DNA from: Treponemataceae bacterium
Lineage (GTDB): Bacteria; Spirochaetota; Spirochaetia; Treponematales; Rectinemataceae
DNA: 64,000 nucleotides
Assembly (NCBI GenBank): GCA_963678065.2
Contig: CAXXVZ010000002.1
Coordinates: 128,001 to 192,000 of the forward strand
Direction of reading: 5' to 3'
The notes under the pieces were generated by a model that searched no databases, was not told the DNA's origin, and worked only from the letters and a program-made list of their open reading frames with translations. The number at the start of each line of letters is the position of its first letter. The first letter of the stretch is position 1. This document shows, one piece after another, positions 47,328-56,185 of the stretch. Position numbers and translations under genes: made by a program.

Positions 47328-48242
47328 CTATTCCCGCATACCGAATTCCCTGCGGAAAGAAGCGCAGACCCCCTCATGCATCCATTCGGTGAGGGGAGCA
47401 TCGAGGATGGCGTATCCATGGACGACTCGCGGCAAGCAGTAGAGTTCGCAGGGAACGCCCGCCTTCAGGAGACGGAAGGCGAACTCGATGGCCTCGTCGC
47501 GGAGAGGGTCGTATTCAGCGGCGATGACCACCGTCGGAGGCAGCCCGCTCAGGTCGGGACAGAACATGGGAAGCTGGTAGTAGGAGGGAGAGGTTACGCT
47601 GATGTCGCTCATCAACTCCCTCGCGGTCGCGGTCAGCGACGAGCCCTTGATGGTTGGACCTTCGCTGAACTGGGTCCTGGAAACGGAGGGGCGTATATCC
47701 AGCATGGGGCAATTAAGGACAGTCAACGTGATCCTTGGGCCGCCCTTGTCGCGCAGGTAGAGCGAGAGCCCCGCGGCGAGCTTGCCCCCGTAGCTCGTAC
47801 CATGCAGCCCTATCCTGTCCTTGTCGCCGCCCAGCTCGGCCGCGTGCTCATATATCCACTCGAGCGAGGCCAGGCAGTCCTCCAGGGACTTCTCGCCATA
47901 CTCTATGGATACGAGGACGCACTCGAGACGGGAGGCGATGTACCGATTGCGGAAATCGTCGATATCGAGAGTCGCCCGCCAGCCGCCGCCGTGTATGTCG
48001 ACGACGATCGGCGCCCCCGCTGGCAGGTCGGCCATCCTGAATATACGGATCGCATCCCCTTTCACCCCGCTGCCGTGGATCACTCTGTCCTGGACCGTGA
48101 GGCCCTCGACCGGGTCGCATCGGTGGAGGATTTTCTGGAAATCGGCGTTGCCGACATCCTTCTCCGCCTGGGTCGTGCCGTTGTTGATCTTTTCGTAGGC
48201 ATCGGTCAGTGCCATGTAGTCAGGATGAAGCCATAGCTGCAT
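47328..48242 (-). CDS. HSL-family alpha/beta hydrolase, tandem paralogue
   Basis: HGGG, GTSYG, EYDPLRDE, HG. Shares LRDKGGP and SFRREFGM-like segments with its neighbour. Confidence 0.9.
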   Translation of the reverse strand: MQLWLHPDYMALTDAYEKINNGTTQAEKDVGNADFQKILHRCDPVEGLTVQDRVIHGSGVKGDAIRIFRMADLPAGAPIVVDIHGGGWRATLDIDDFRNRYIASRLECVLVSIEYGEKSLEDCLASLEWIYEHAAELGGDKDRIGLHGTSYGGKLAAGLSLYLRDKGGPRITLTVLNCPMLDIRPSVSRTQFSEGPTIKGSSLTATARELMSDISVTSPSYYQLPMFCPDLSGLPPTVVIAAEYDPLRDEAIEFAFRLLKAGVPCELYCLPRVVHGYAILDAPLTEWMHEGVCASFRREFGMRE

Positions 48243-48362
48243 TTTTTAGTCCCCTTTCGAGCGAGGAAGACGCCACTGCGGGAGGAGGACACCGTTCCAC
48301 TCCGGGCCGCAGGCATGATCGCGGGCGCCGGCGCTTCGCCCCTGCCGGGAGTAGCGCCGGCC

Positions 48363-48392
48363 GCGGCCGTTTGGCTGCAAACGGCCGCTTTT
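48363..48392. terminator. Perfect 11-bp stem hairpin after dctP
   Basis: GCGGCCGTTTG-GCTG-CAAACGGCCGC. The T-run is on the plus strand only. Confidence 0.55.
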
Positions 48393-48398
48393 GTTTAC

Positions 48399-49409
48399 TT
48401 ACTTCGAAGCCGCGGCGACCTCGCTCAACAGGGCGTCCACCAGATCCTGCCCGACTGCCTTGCCGATCATGTCGTAAACAGGCTTTGCCAGCATCTTTAT
48501 CTTCGCGAGCATCTCGGGCGAGGGCTGGATGACTTCCTTGCCCTGAGTCTTGAGCTTCACCAGAACCTCATCCGCATTCGCCAGCGCCTTCTTCGCAGAC
48601 TCGATGCCTGTTTCGTAGAGAACCTTGTCGATCAGTTTCTGGAGGTCGGCGGGCATGCCGTCATAGAGTTTCTTGTTCATGACAACCGTGTTGATGAAGA
48701 GGATATGATGGGTCAGGATGACATATTTCTGGACCTCGCCCAGCTTGGACGCAATGAGGACTTCTACGGGATTCTCCTGGGCCTGCACCATATTCTGCTG
48801 AAGGGCGATATAGAGTTCGCTGAATGCGAGGGGGGTGGGATTGGCTCCGAGGGCTTTCCAGAAAGCCAGGTGGTAGGGGTTCTCCATCGTCCGGATCTTG
48901 ATGCCCTTGAAGTCGTCCATGTTCCTGACGGCCTTGTTGCTGCTCATGTCGCGGAAAGCGGAGGGCACCAGTTGCACGAGCTTGAGTCCTGCCTTGTCGT
49001 AGTAGGTAGAGATCTTGGTTCTGAAAGCTCCCGCGCTCAGCGCCTTGGTAGCAGCATCGGGATCGGTCAGGGCGCATGGCATATCGAATACCGCAAGCTG
49101 GGGAATGAAGCTGACCTGGGGCGCAGTGGCCTGCATGACCATGGAAATGTCGCCAGCCTGGCAGCCCTCAAGGAGCTCACGGTCGCCGCCCAGCTGGGCA
49201 TTGGGATAGATTTCGACCTTGAACGCGCCGCCGGATTCGGCTTCCAGGCGCGACTTGATCGCGTTCCCCGTTTCGCCCGCGCTGCTCTTGTCGGACGCGG
49301 CATAGGCGAATTTCAGGACATACTGCTTCGCCGGAGCGGCCGAAAGAGACGCCGCGCCGACGAGACTCAAAACAAGGATAGCCGCTAAAAACCGGACAGA
49401 TGCTTTCAT
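48399..49409 (-). CDS. dctP: TRAP transporter substrate-binding protein
   Basis: Signal peptide, YPNAQLG.DRE, GIKIRT, LGANPTPL.FSELY.ALQ, QENP. Confidence 0.93.
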   Translation of the reverse strand: MKASVRFLAAILVLSLVGAASLSAAPAKQYVLKFAYAASDKSSAGETGNAIKSRLEAESGGAFKVEIYPNAQLGGDRELLEGCQAGDISMVMQATAPQVSFIPQLAVFDMPCALTDPDAATKALSAGAFRTKISTYYDKAGLKLVQLVPSAFRDMSSNKAVRNMDDFKGIKIRTMENPYHLAFWKALGANPTPLAFSELYIALQQNMVQAQENPVEVLIASKLGEVQKYVILTHHILFINTVVMNKKLYDGMPADLQKLIDKVLYETGIESAKKALANADEVLVKLKTQGKEVIQPSPEMLAKIKMLAKPVYDMIGKAVGQDLVDALLSEVAAASK

Positions 49410-49428
49410 GACATTCCTCCTTCGGAGA

Positions 49429-50718
49429 TTAGCCCAGCAATACCAGGCTTATGGCCGGGAAAACGGTGACAAGGGCGAGAGCGACGATGAAGGCCAGTAC
49501 GAAAGGATAGGCTTTTATTCCTACCTTCATGACCGGAGTCTGGATGAGGGGGGCGGTAACGAAGAGGTTGACTCCGAAAGGCGGCGTGACGAAGCCGATG
49601 GCGAGGTTCATCACCATGATGATGCCGAGGTGGACGGGATTGATTCCCAGAATCATCGCGGTCGGCAGGAGCATGGGAGCGAGGATTATCACGGCAGGGC
49701 CCACGTCCATGACCATGCCCAGGATGAGGAGGATCACGTTCAGGGCGAGCAGGAAGGAAATTTTGCTGGTGAATGTGCCGGTAAGGAAAGCCCCGATCAT
49801 CGCGGGCGCCTGGGCCAGGGAGAGAACCCGTCCGAAGGCTATTGCAAGCCCCATGAGGAGGGCGAGGGGCGCGTAGGAGCGCACGGTCTCCACCAGGATT
49901 TCAGGTATCTTCCTGATGCTGATCGTCTTGTAGATGAAGACACAGATGAGGAGCGAATAGATTACGGAAATGTTGGCTGCCTCGGTCGGGGTCACGATGC
50001 CGGTGTAGATCCCGCCCAGGATGATCACGGGCGAGAGGAGGGCCCAGAAGCTTTCCCTGAACACCCGCAAGAAGCCTTTGCTCTTGAGGGCATTGTAGTT
50101 GGCACTGATCTTTTCCTTGTCCTCTCCGTGCCGCTTGCAGTAGAAGAAAGCGTAGGCCATGAGGCAGATGCCGATAAGGAGTCCGGGGAGGATGCCCGCG
50201 GTGAACATGGCGCCGACCGATGTGCCGGTGACGAGGCCGTACATGATGAATGGGATGCTCGGAGGTATGATGACCCCGAGACCTCCAGCCGTTGCGACGA
50301 GGGCAGCGGCAAATACCTTGTCGTAGCCGAGGGAAATCATGATCGGGATAGTCATCCCCCCGACCGCCGCGGCCGTCGCGATGCCCGATCCGGAAATCGC
50401 GCCGTAGAAGAGGCAGGTACACACGACCGCGATGGGTATCCCGGCAGTCTTGTTGCCGATGAAATAGGCGAAAACGTCGAAAAGCTTTTTGGATATTCCG
50501 CCCTTTGCCATGATGGCGCCGGAGAGGATGAAAAGGGGAACGGCGAGAATGGCAGTGTTGTCGACCCCCGTCAACGTTCCGCGGATGACGAACTGGATGC
50601 TCGCCGCGAAATTAGGATCCATGATGGCCGGAACGATCGAGGCCACGCCGAGGATGACGGCGATGGGGATGCTCAGAATCAGGCCGGAGAAGAAAACGAT
50701 GAAAACCATTGTAAGCAT
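49429..50718 (-). CDS. dctM: TRAP transporter large permease
   Basis: LAVPLFIL.G, GAISGS, IIPPSIP, TPTEAA, TPPFGVNL. Confidence 0.95.
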   Translation of the reverse strand: MLTMVFIVFFSGLILSIPIAVILGVASIVPAIMDPNFAASIQFVIRGTLTGVDNTAILAVPLFILSGAIMAKGGISKKLFDVFAYFIGNKTAGIPIAVVCTCLFYGAISGSGIATAAAVGGMTIPIMISLGYDKVFAAALVATAGGLGVIIPPSIPFIMYGLVTGTSVGAMFTAGILPGLLIGICLMAYAFFYCKRHGEDKEKISANYNALKSKGFLRVFRESFWALLSPVIILGGIYTGIVTPTEAANISVIYSLLICVFIYKTISIRKIPEILVETVRSYAPLALLMGLAIAFGRVLSLAQAPAMIGAFLTGTFTSKISFLLALNVILLILGMVMDVGPAVIILAPMLLPTAMILGINPVHLGIIMVMNLAIGFVTPPFGVNLFVTAPLIQTPVMKVGIKAYPFVLAFIVALALVTVFPAISLVLLG

Positions 50719-50721
50719 GAT

Positions 50722-51225
50722 CTACATCCTCCCCGAGTTGACTGCCGATACACCAACATCCTTGCGCAGCATGACGATTATCTTCTGTACGCCGCGCATG
50801 ACCGCGAGCAGGAAACCCACGACCAGGGATATGTAGATGGCGACCATGGGGAGGCCCAGTGCCGGACTGGTCTGGCCACTCCTCGCGATCTTCTGAACGA
50901 CAAAGATCGAGTTGTAGAGCATCAGTCCGAAGAACGCGAGAACGAAAAGCTCAACGAATACGTCCAGAGGTTTGCGCCAAGACTTTGGAAGGTACTGTAC
51001 CACGATGTCGATCCTGAGCATGGTACTCTTTTTTATGCTGTAACCGATGCTGATGAAGGTCGACCAGACAAAGCAGTATCTGGCAAATTCCTCGCTCCAC
51101 GAGAGCGAGGCGTTGAAAATGTACCTCATGATAATTTGCAGCAGCAGCGACAGGGAGATCCCGGCAAGCAGGATCACCATTGTCCATTCCTCGAAATGCT
51201 CGTCGAGCCATTTTATCGCTCGCAT
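50722..51225 (-). CDS. dctQ: TRAP transporter small permease
   Basis: MRYIFNASLSWSEEFARY, 4 TM helices. Confidence 0.92.
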   Translation of the reverse strand: MRAIKWLDEHFEEWTMVILLAGISLSLLLQIIMRYIFNASLSWSEEFARYCFVWSTFISIGYSIKKSTMLRIDIVVQYLPKSWRKPLDVFVELFVLAFFGLMLYNSIFVVQKIARSGQTSPALGLPMVAIYISLVVGFLLAVMRGVQKIIVMLRKDVGVSAVNSGRM

Positions 51226-51357
51226 CTGTCCCTCCTCTGGGAAAGCATGATTTCTGGCAGCTCACCATCTCTCATTCTGCGATACGATACCGGACTGAAA
51301 CGAAAGCGGGTAGTAGATTACGGAATGTGGCAAGCACAACTGAAGAAGTTTACCATG

Positions 51358-51413
51358 CCGATGTATCTGTTATATATCGGAGTAATTTTCTGTCTGAATT
51401 TCAAATTTGTCAA
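51358..51413 (-). promoter_or_regulatory. Sigma70 promoter + palindromic operator of the dctQMP-esterase operon
   Basis: TTGACA(51413-51408)-17 bp-GAAAAT(51390-51385). Inverted repeat CCGATGTAT-N5-ATATATCGG at 51358-51380. Confidence 0.6.
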
Positions 51414-51670
51414 TTGCATATTTTTGCATTTCGATCACAACGGGGAATCAGGCCTCCTGACAGCCCTTCAGGGCAGGAGCAAATGACAGACAGGCTCGGT
51501 AAAAATGCGCAAAGGGAGCCCCTTATCGAGACTCCCCCCACCTTTTCCATCATCAGAGCCCTGATGCGGACTGAGGCCTCAAATCGGCCTGAAGATCGCG
51601 CAGCGCTTCGTCGCCGCGCTTTCAACAGCTCTCACAAAGCTTCTGCCTTTTTATAGTCCGCCTTGTTTGC

Positions 51671-54600
51671 TCATTTCACTACAGCCTTTCCGTCGTAGTA
51701 GCGGATGCCATCCTTATAGGACCAGAGCTTCAAGTAATCCCAGAGTATCGGACTTTCGGCCATTATGTTGTTATGCGCGCGATACGCGGTCTGGGTCCAC
51801 TTGACGAGCGGAATACCCTGCGCGTTCTTCCACGTCCAGGTGGTGTACCTGCCATTCACCTCGGCTTTGGAAGGGTCTCCCACGGGACCTACATTGTTTG
51901 CCTTGAGATAGTAAGCGGCCCACTTGTCCAGGTTGTTGTCAACTGCGTCCCATAATGTACCAGTCTGGAATTCGATATCCCCTTCGCCCAAGATGCAGTA
52001 AACAGGCATTACAGCATACTTTGCGGCATTGAGAGTCGCATTCCAATCGGCATCGTTCATGCCTCCTAGCCCGGAGGTGCTCGCAATGGCCGCGAAGTAC
52101 TCGGGATTCGTCATGCCGAAGCCCTGCACAGCAAAACTGCCCGCCGACTGGCCCGTTGCGTAGAATCTGGTCGGATCGACGTTGTATTTTTCTTTGACCA
52201 ATTTTGCGAGCTGTTCGTAGAAGATACCCGTGTCCTTGTGGCTGACCACAGTGGATCGGGAGCTGTATTGCTCGCAGGGGATGACGAGAATGATGCCTTC
52301 CCTATCCGCCACCTTCCACCACTGGGTCGCATGGAAGAACACCTTGTCGGTCTGACTGTCTCCAGCGAAAACGAACAATGTCGGCGCACCCATCGGCCAG
52401 AGCTTCGCCGCCGAATCGGGCACGTATACCTGGTATTCGCGCAGATAGCCATTGACCACCATGTTGAATATCTCGCCGTACTTCGCCCTGATGGCAAGCT
52501 GATTCCCATACGCCGAGCTGTTGTCGTAGCGGACATATTCCGTCAGGAAATTGTAAATGGTCCTGCTCGTCTGCGCGTTCCAGATGTCGACTTTCTTCTC
52601 CAGGGTCGCCACTTTGGAAATCGGGCCGGAATAGGCTGTCTGCCAAGCATCGGAGTCTTTCGACTGGGTATATACGGTGCTGCCGAACAGATAGCTGGAT
52701 TTCGACCAGGTTTCGCCCTGGCAATCACTCAGGCCTTTCCAATAATCTATCGCCTTCGACACCTTGGCCAGGCTCGCGTTTACGTACCAGGTCGGCACAG
52801 GCACCTGGTTATAGGCTATCTTGATTTTTTCGGGAATCTCGATGGGTTTGTAACCGGTCTTCTTGCCGTCAAAGAACATCGCTCCGAATTGCGCGTAATA
52901 GCTGTCGCTCAGGCTTGCCGTGTTGATGTAAGCCTGACTCGCGACAAAGAGCGGGTTCGCCGCGGCCCAGGCCTCCAGCGCCGTCCCTCCCTTGCCGTAG
53001 CCTGCCAGATAGTGCTCTCCGAAAATCGAGAAATAGCTGTTGGATTTGAAGAAACCGATCGCGGCGTTGATATACGCAAGCTCGTCATCCGCGCTGCCCC
53101 ATCCGGTCTTTCCGGGCTCGAGAATGAACAGGCCTTCATCGTTCGCGTCGGCGAGATCCTTCCAGCCGCTTTTCAGGATGAAATCGTTCGTGTTGATTCC
53201 ATCGGGAACGGAAATCACCGTGAAGAAGGGGCGAATCGATGCATTCGGGGCGATATAGACCTTCGCGGTCCTGGTCGCTCCGTTCACGCTGAGCGATTTT
53301 TCCATGTAGCCGGTGAGCGGGAGTTTGTTGGCACGCGTGTAATTGTAGGCAGGGACGGAGGCATTGTCCAAGGAAGCAGGTTTGAAATCGTTCGCAACCG
53401 GCACGCCGCCATAGTACCGGACCCCATCCTTATAGGACCAGAGCTTCAGGTAATCCCAGAGCATCGGACTTTCCGCCATTATGTTGTTGTGCGCGCGCCA
53501 TGCGGTCTGGGTCCACTTGACGAGGGGGAAGCCCTGCGCGTTCTTCCACGTGTAGGTGGTGTACCTGCCGTTTTTTTCGCCTTTGTTGATGTCGCCCACC
53601 GGACCGACATTGTTCGCCTTGAGATAGTAGTCCGCCCATTGATCGAATAAGTTGTATTCCGAATCCCATAACGTACCAGACCACATGGGAATGTCGCCTT
53701 CGCCGACGATGAGGTAGGTGGGTACCATCGCATATGTCGCGTTTTCGGGCGGGGCGACGACACCGGAAGTCGTGGCGATAGCCGCGAAGTACTCAGGATT
53801 CGTCATCCCGAAGCCCTGCGTCGCCATGCTGCCCGCTGACTGGCCCGTGGCGTAGAATCTGGTCGGATCGACTTTGTACTTTTCCTTTACCAGTTTCGCG
53901 AGCTGTTCGTAAAAGATGCCCGTGTCCTTGTGGCTGACCACGGTGGATCGGGAGCTGTATTGCTCGCAGGGGATGACGAGAATGATGCCTTCCCTATCCG
54001 CCACCTTCCACCACTGAGTCGCATGGAAGAACACTTTGTCAGTCTGGCTGTCTCCGGCGAATACGAACAATGTCGGCGCGCCATTCGGCCACAGTCTCGC
54101 CGCCGAATCGGGCACATATACCTGGTACTCGCGTATGTAGCCGTTGACCATCATAGTGTTGATCTCGCCATATTTGGCATTCAGGCCGAGCTGATTCCCG
54201 TAGGCCGAGGTGACATCGTACCGGATATATTCCGTCAGGAAATTGTAGATGGTCTGGCTCGTCTTCGCATCCCAGATATCGACTTTTTTCTCCAAGGTCG
54301 CCACCTTGGAAATCGGGCCGGAAAAATCCGTCTGCCAGGCGTCGGATTTTTTGGACTGGGCATAAACAGTGCTGCCGAACAGATAGTCGGCCTTTGTGCT
54401 GCTCTCGTCCACACAGTCGCTGGCCGACTTCCAGTAGGCGACGGCTTTGGACACGGAGGCCAGGCTCTGGTTCACATACCAGGTCGGCACCGGAACCTGG
54501 CTATAGGCGATCGCGATCTGTGCGGGGATATCGATCACTTTGTAGCCGGTGTTCTTGGCGTCGAAGAACTTTGTGTCGAATTGGGCGTAGTATTTATCGC

Positions 54601-55159
54601 TCAAACTTGCCGAGTCGACATAGGCTTGACTCGTGACAAGCAGTGGATTCGCGGCAGCCCAGGCTTCCAGAGCCGTCCCGCCCTTGCCGTAGCCCACCAG
54701 ATAGTTCTCCCCGAAAATGGAGAAATAGCTGTTGCCCCTGAAGAAACCTATTGCGGTGTTCAGGTATGCAAGCTCGTCATCCACGTTGCCCCATCCGGCC
54801 TTTCCGGGCTCGAGGATGAACAAACCCGCTTCGTTCGCGTCGGCGATGTCCTTCCAGCCGCTGTTCACGATGAAATCGTTCGTGTCGATCCCATCGGCGA
54901 TGGCGATTACCGTGAAGAAGGCACGTATTGGCGCGTCGGCGGAAATATAAATCTTCGCGGTCCGGGTCACTCCGTTCACATTGAACGATTTTTCGAAGTA
55001 TCCAGTGAGCGGCAGTTTATTGGCTCGTGTGTAATTGTAATCCGGGATCGGAGCATTATCCAAAGTGGTCGGTTTTAATGAATTCGCTGCAAAGGCAAGG
55101 GTTGGTGTCATGGCCAACAGCATCGCCAAAGCCATTACAATCAATAACGCTTTCTTCAT
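51671..55159 (-). CDS. Secreted, internally duplicated PHB-depolymerase-type esterase (2 x ~565 aa)
   Basis: Signal MKKALL...AFA. Each half has a degenerate elbow GYGKGG and an intact GQSAG, GEGD, RAHN set. GGAGG RBS. Confidence 0.85.
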   Translation of the reverse strand: MKKALLIVMALAMLLAMTPTLAFAANSLKPTTLDNAPIPDYNYTRANKLPLTGYFEKSFNVNGVTRTAKIYISADAPIRAFFTVIAIADGIDTNDFIVNSGWKDIADANEAGLFILEPGKAGWGNVDDELAYLNTAIGFFRGNSYFSIFGENYLVGYGKGGTALEAWAAANPLLVTSQAYVDSASLSDKYYAQFDTKFFDAKNTGYKVIDIPAQIAIAYSQVPVPTWYVNQSLASVSKAVAYWKSASDCVDESSTKADYLFGSTVYAQSKKSDAWQTDFSGPISKVATLEKKVDIWDAKTSQTIYNFLTEYIRYDVTSAYGNQLGLNAKYGEINTMMVNGYIREYQVYVPDSAARLWPNGAPTLFVFAGDSQTDKVFFHATQWWKVADREGIILVIPCEQYSSRSTVVSHKDTGIFYEQLAKLVKEKYKVDPTRFYATGQSAGSMATQGFGMTNPEYFAAIATTSGVVAPPENATYAMVPTYLIVGEGDIPMWSGTLWDSEYNLFDQWADYYLKANNVGPVGDINKGEKNGRYTTYTWKNAQGFPLVKWTQTAWRAHNNIMAESPMLWDYLKLWSYKDGVRYYGGVPVANDFKPASLDNASVPAYNYTRANKLPLTGYMEKSLSVNGATRTAKVYIAPNASIRPFFTVISVPDGINTNDFILKSGWKDLADANDEGLFILEPGKTGWGSADDELAYINAAIGFFKSNSYFSIFGEHYLAGYGKGGTALEAWAAANPLFVASQAYINTASLSDSYYAQFGAMFFDGKKTGYKPIEIPEKIKIAYNQVPVPTWYVNASLAKVSKAIDYWKGLSDCQGETWSKSSYLFGSTVYTQSKDSDAWQTAYSGPISKVATLEKKVDIWNAQTSRTIYNFLTEYVRYDNSSAYGNQLAIRAKYGEIFNMVVNGYLREYQVYVPDSAAKLWPMGAPTLFVFAGDSQTDKVFFHATQWWKVADREGIILVIPCEQYSSRSTVVSHKDTGIFYEQLAKLVKEKYNVDPTRFYATGQSAGSFAVQGFGMTNPEYFAAIASTSGLGGMNDADWNATLNAAKYAVMPVYCILGEGDIEFQTGTLWDAVDNNLDKWAAYYLKANNVGPVGDPSKAEVNGRYTTWTWKNAQGIPLVKWTQTAYRAHNNIMAESPILWDYLKLWSYKDGIRYYDGKAVVK
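51700..55070. repeat. Intragenic ~1.7 kb direct duplication
   Basis: Near-identical blocks, e.g. ~52229-52345 vs ~53921-54037 (offset 1692) and from 51708 vs from 53424 (offset 1716). Confidence 0.9.
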
Positions 55160-55351
55160 TGATCCGCCTCCTGAAACTGATTGGAACTGACAGGAACAGT
55201 CATTCCCGAGGAAAACGTCGTTTTGCAGCCAGAGAAAAAAATCCACACTTTGCCGTAGCGGTTTCCCTATTCGATGCCATCCACCACCAGATCCTGTACC
55301 CGGCAACGCCGGATAATGTCACTCCAGAACATTGTTTGTGTTTAGTTCACC

Positions 55352-56032
55352 TCACACGCTCATCAATTCACCGATGCGCCTGAAAGCGTCCTCGCCGGCA
55401 TACAGCACAGGGGTCTTCATCTGCAGCTTCTTCAGTTTTTCGTCCATCAACGCGAAGGGAATCTGCCCCATGAGGATGCAGTCGACACCCTTTTCATCGA
55501 GCTTCCTGATATCTTCGAGCACTATCGCATCGTGCTTTTCGAATTCTCCCGCGTTGAAAAGCTCAAGGGCCGTGCCGTTGCCCGAAAAGACGATTTCAAC
55601 CTTCTTTCCGAGCTGATCCGCCCTTGTTTTCAGCCCTTCTTCGACGTAGGGAAGCACATATTCGGTGGTGGTGATGACACCGATCCTGCGGTACCTTTCC
55701 ACCGCCGCGTCGAGAATCACGGCATCCATCTGGACGAAAGGCACCGACACGACTTCCTTCGCATAGGCCGTGGCCCTGGGCATGAGGCTGCAGCAGGATA
55801 CGATGACGCCACAGCCCGCCCGCTCCAGTTCGAACGCGAAATTCGCGTATCGGAGAAGATTGCTTTTCGGCGTGATGCCGGCGGGCGAATTGAAATTGTC
55901 GACTTTGACGTTGCCATTGTAGATATGAATGAATTTCGTCCCGGGTAGGTAGAGTCCCATGTATTTCTCGACCATTCCGATCGTGGCCGGCGTAGTATGG
56001 ATGAAGCCTGCCTTTTTGCTCTCTTCGATCAT
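55352..56032 (-). CDS. Asp/Glu/hydantoin racemase superfamily protein
   Basis: FIHTT, IVSCCSL, RIGVITT, HDAIV, ILMGQ (single Cys-site subtype). Confidence 0.7.
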   Translation of the reverse strand: MIEESKKAGFIHTTPATIGMVEKYMGLYLPGTKFIHIYNGNVKVDNFNSPAGITPKSNLLRYANFAFELERAGCGVIVSCCSLMPRATAYAKEVVSVPFVQMDAVILDAAVERYRRIGVITTTEYVLPYVEEGLKTRADQLGKKVEIVFSGNGTALELFNAGEFEKHDAIVLEDIRKLDEKGVDCILMGQIPFALMDEKLKKLQMKTPVLYAGEDAFRRIGELMSV

Positions 56033-56100
56033 GCAGTTCCCCCCTCCGGATTCTTCGAAATTCGATCGGACTCACGACATCGAAAATGCCCGGGATCGGA

Positions 56101-56139
56101 AAAACAAAAACCGCCCGATACGGAATCGAACCAGGCGGC
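56101..56139 (-). terminator. Rho-independent terminator
   Basis: Minus strand GCCGCCTGGT...ATCGGGCGG followed by TTTTTGTTTTT. Confidence 0.6.
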
Positions 56140-56185
56140 TTATGTTCACGTGCTGCTCAGTTTCCCCTTGCCAAAACTGGGATGA

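Noticed and set aside
51430..51670. Structured RNA in the long intergenic region
   Set aside because: Only short hairpins, upstream of the predicted promoter, with no family motif I can support.
56111..56139. GGTTCGATTCC (tRNA T-loop-like) on the minus strand
   Set aside because: No D or anticodon arms; it lies in a hairpin followed by a U-tract, consistent with a terminator.
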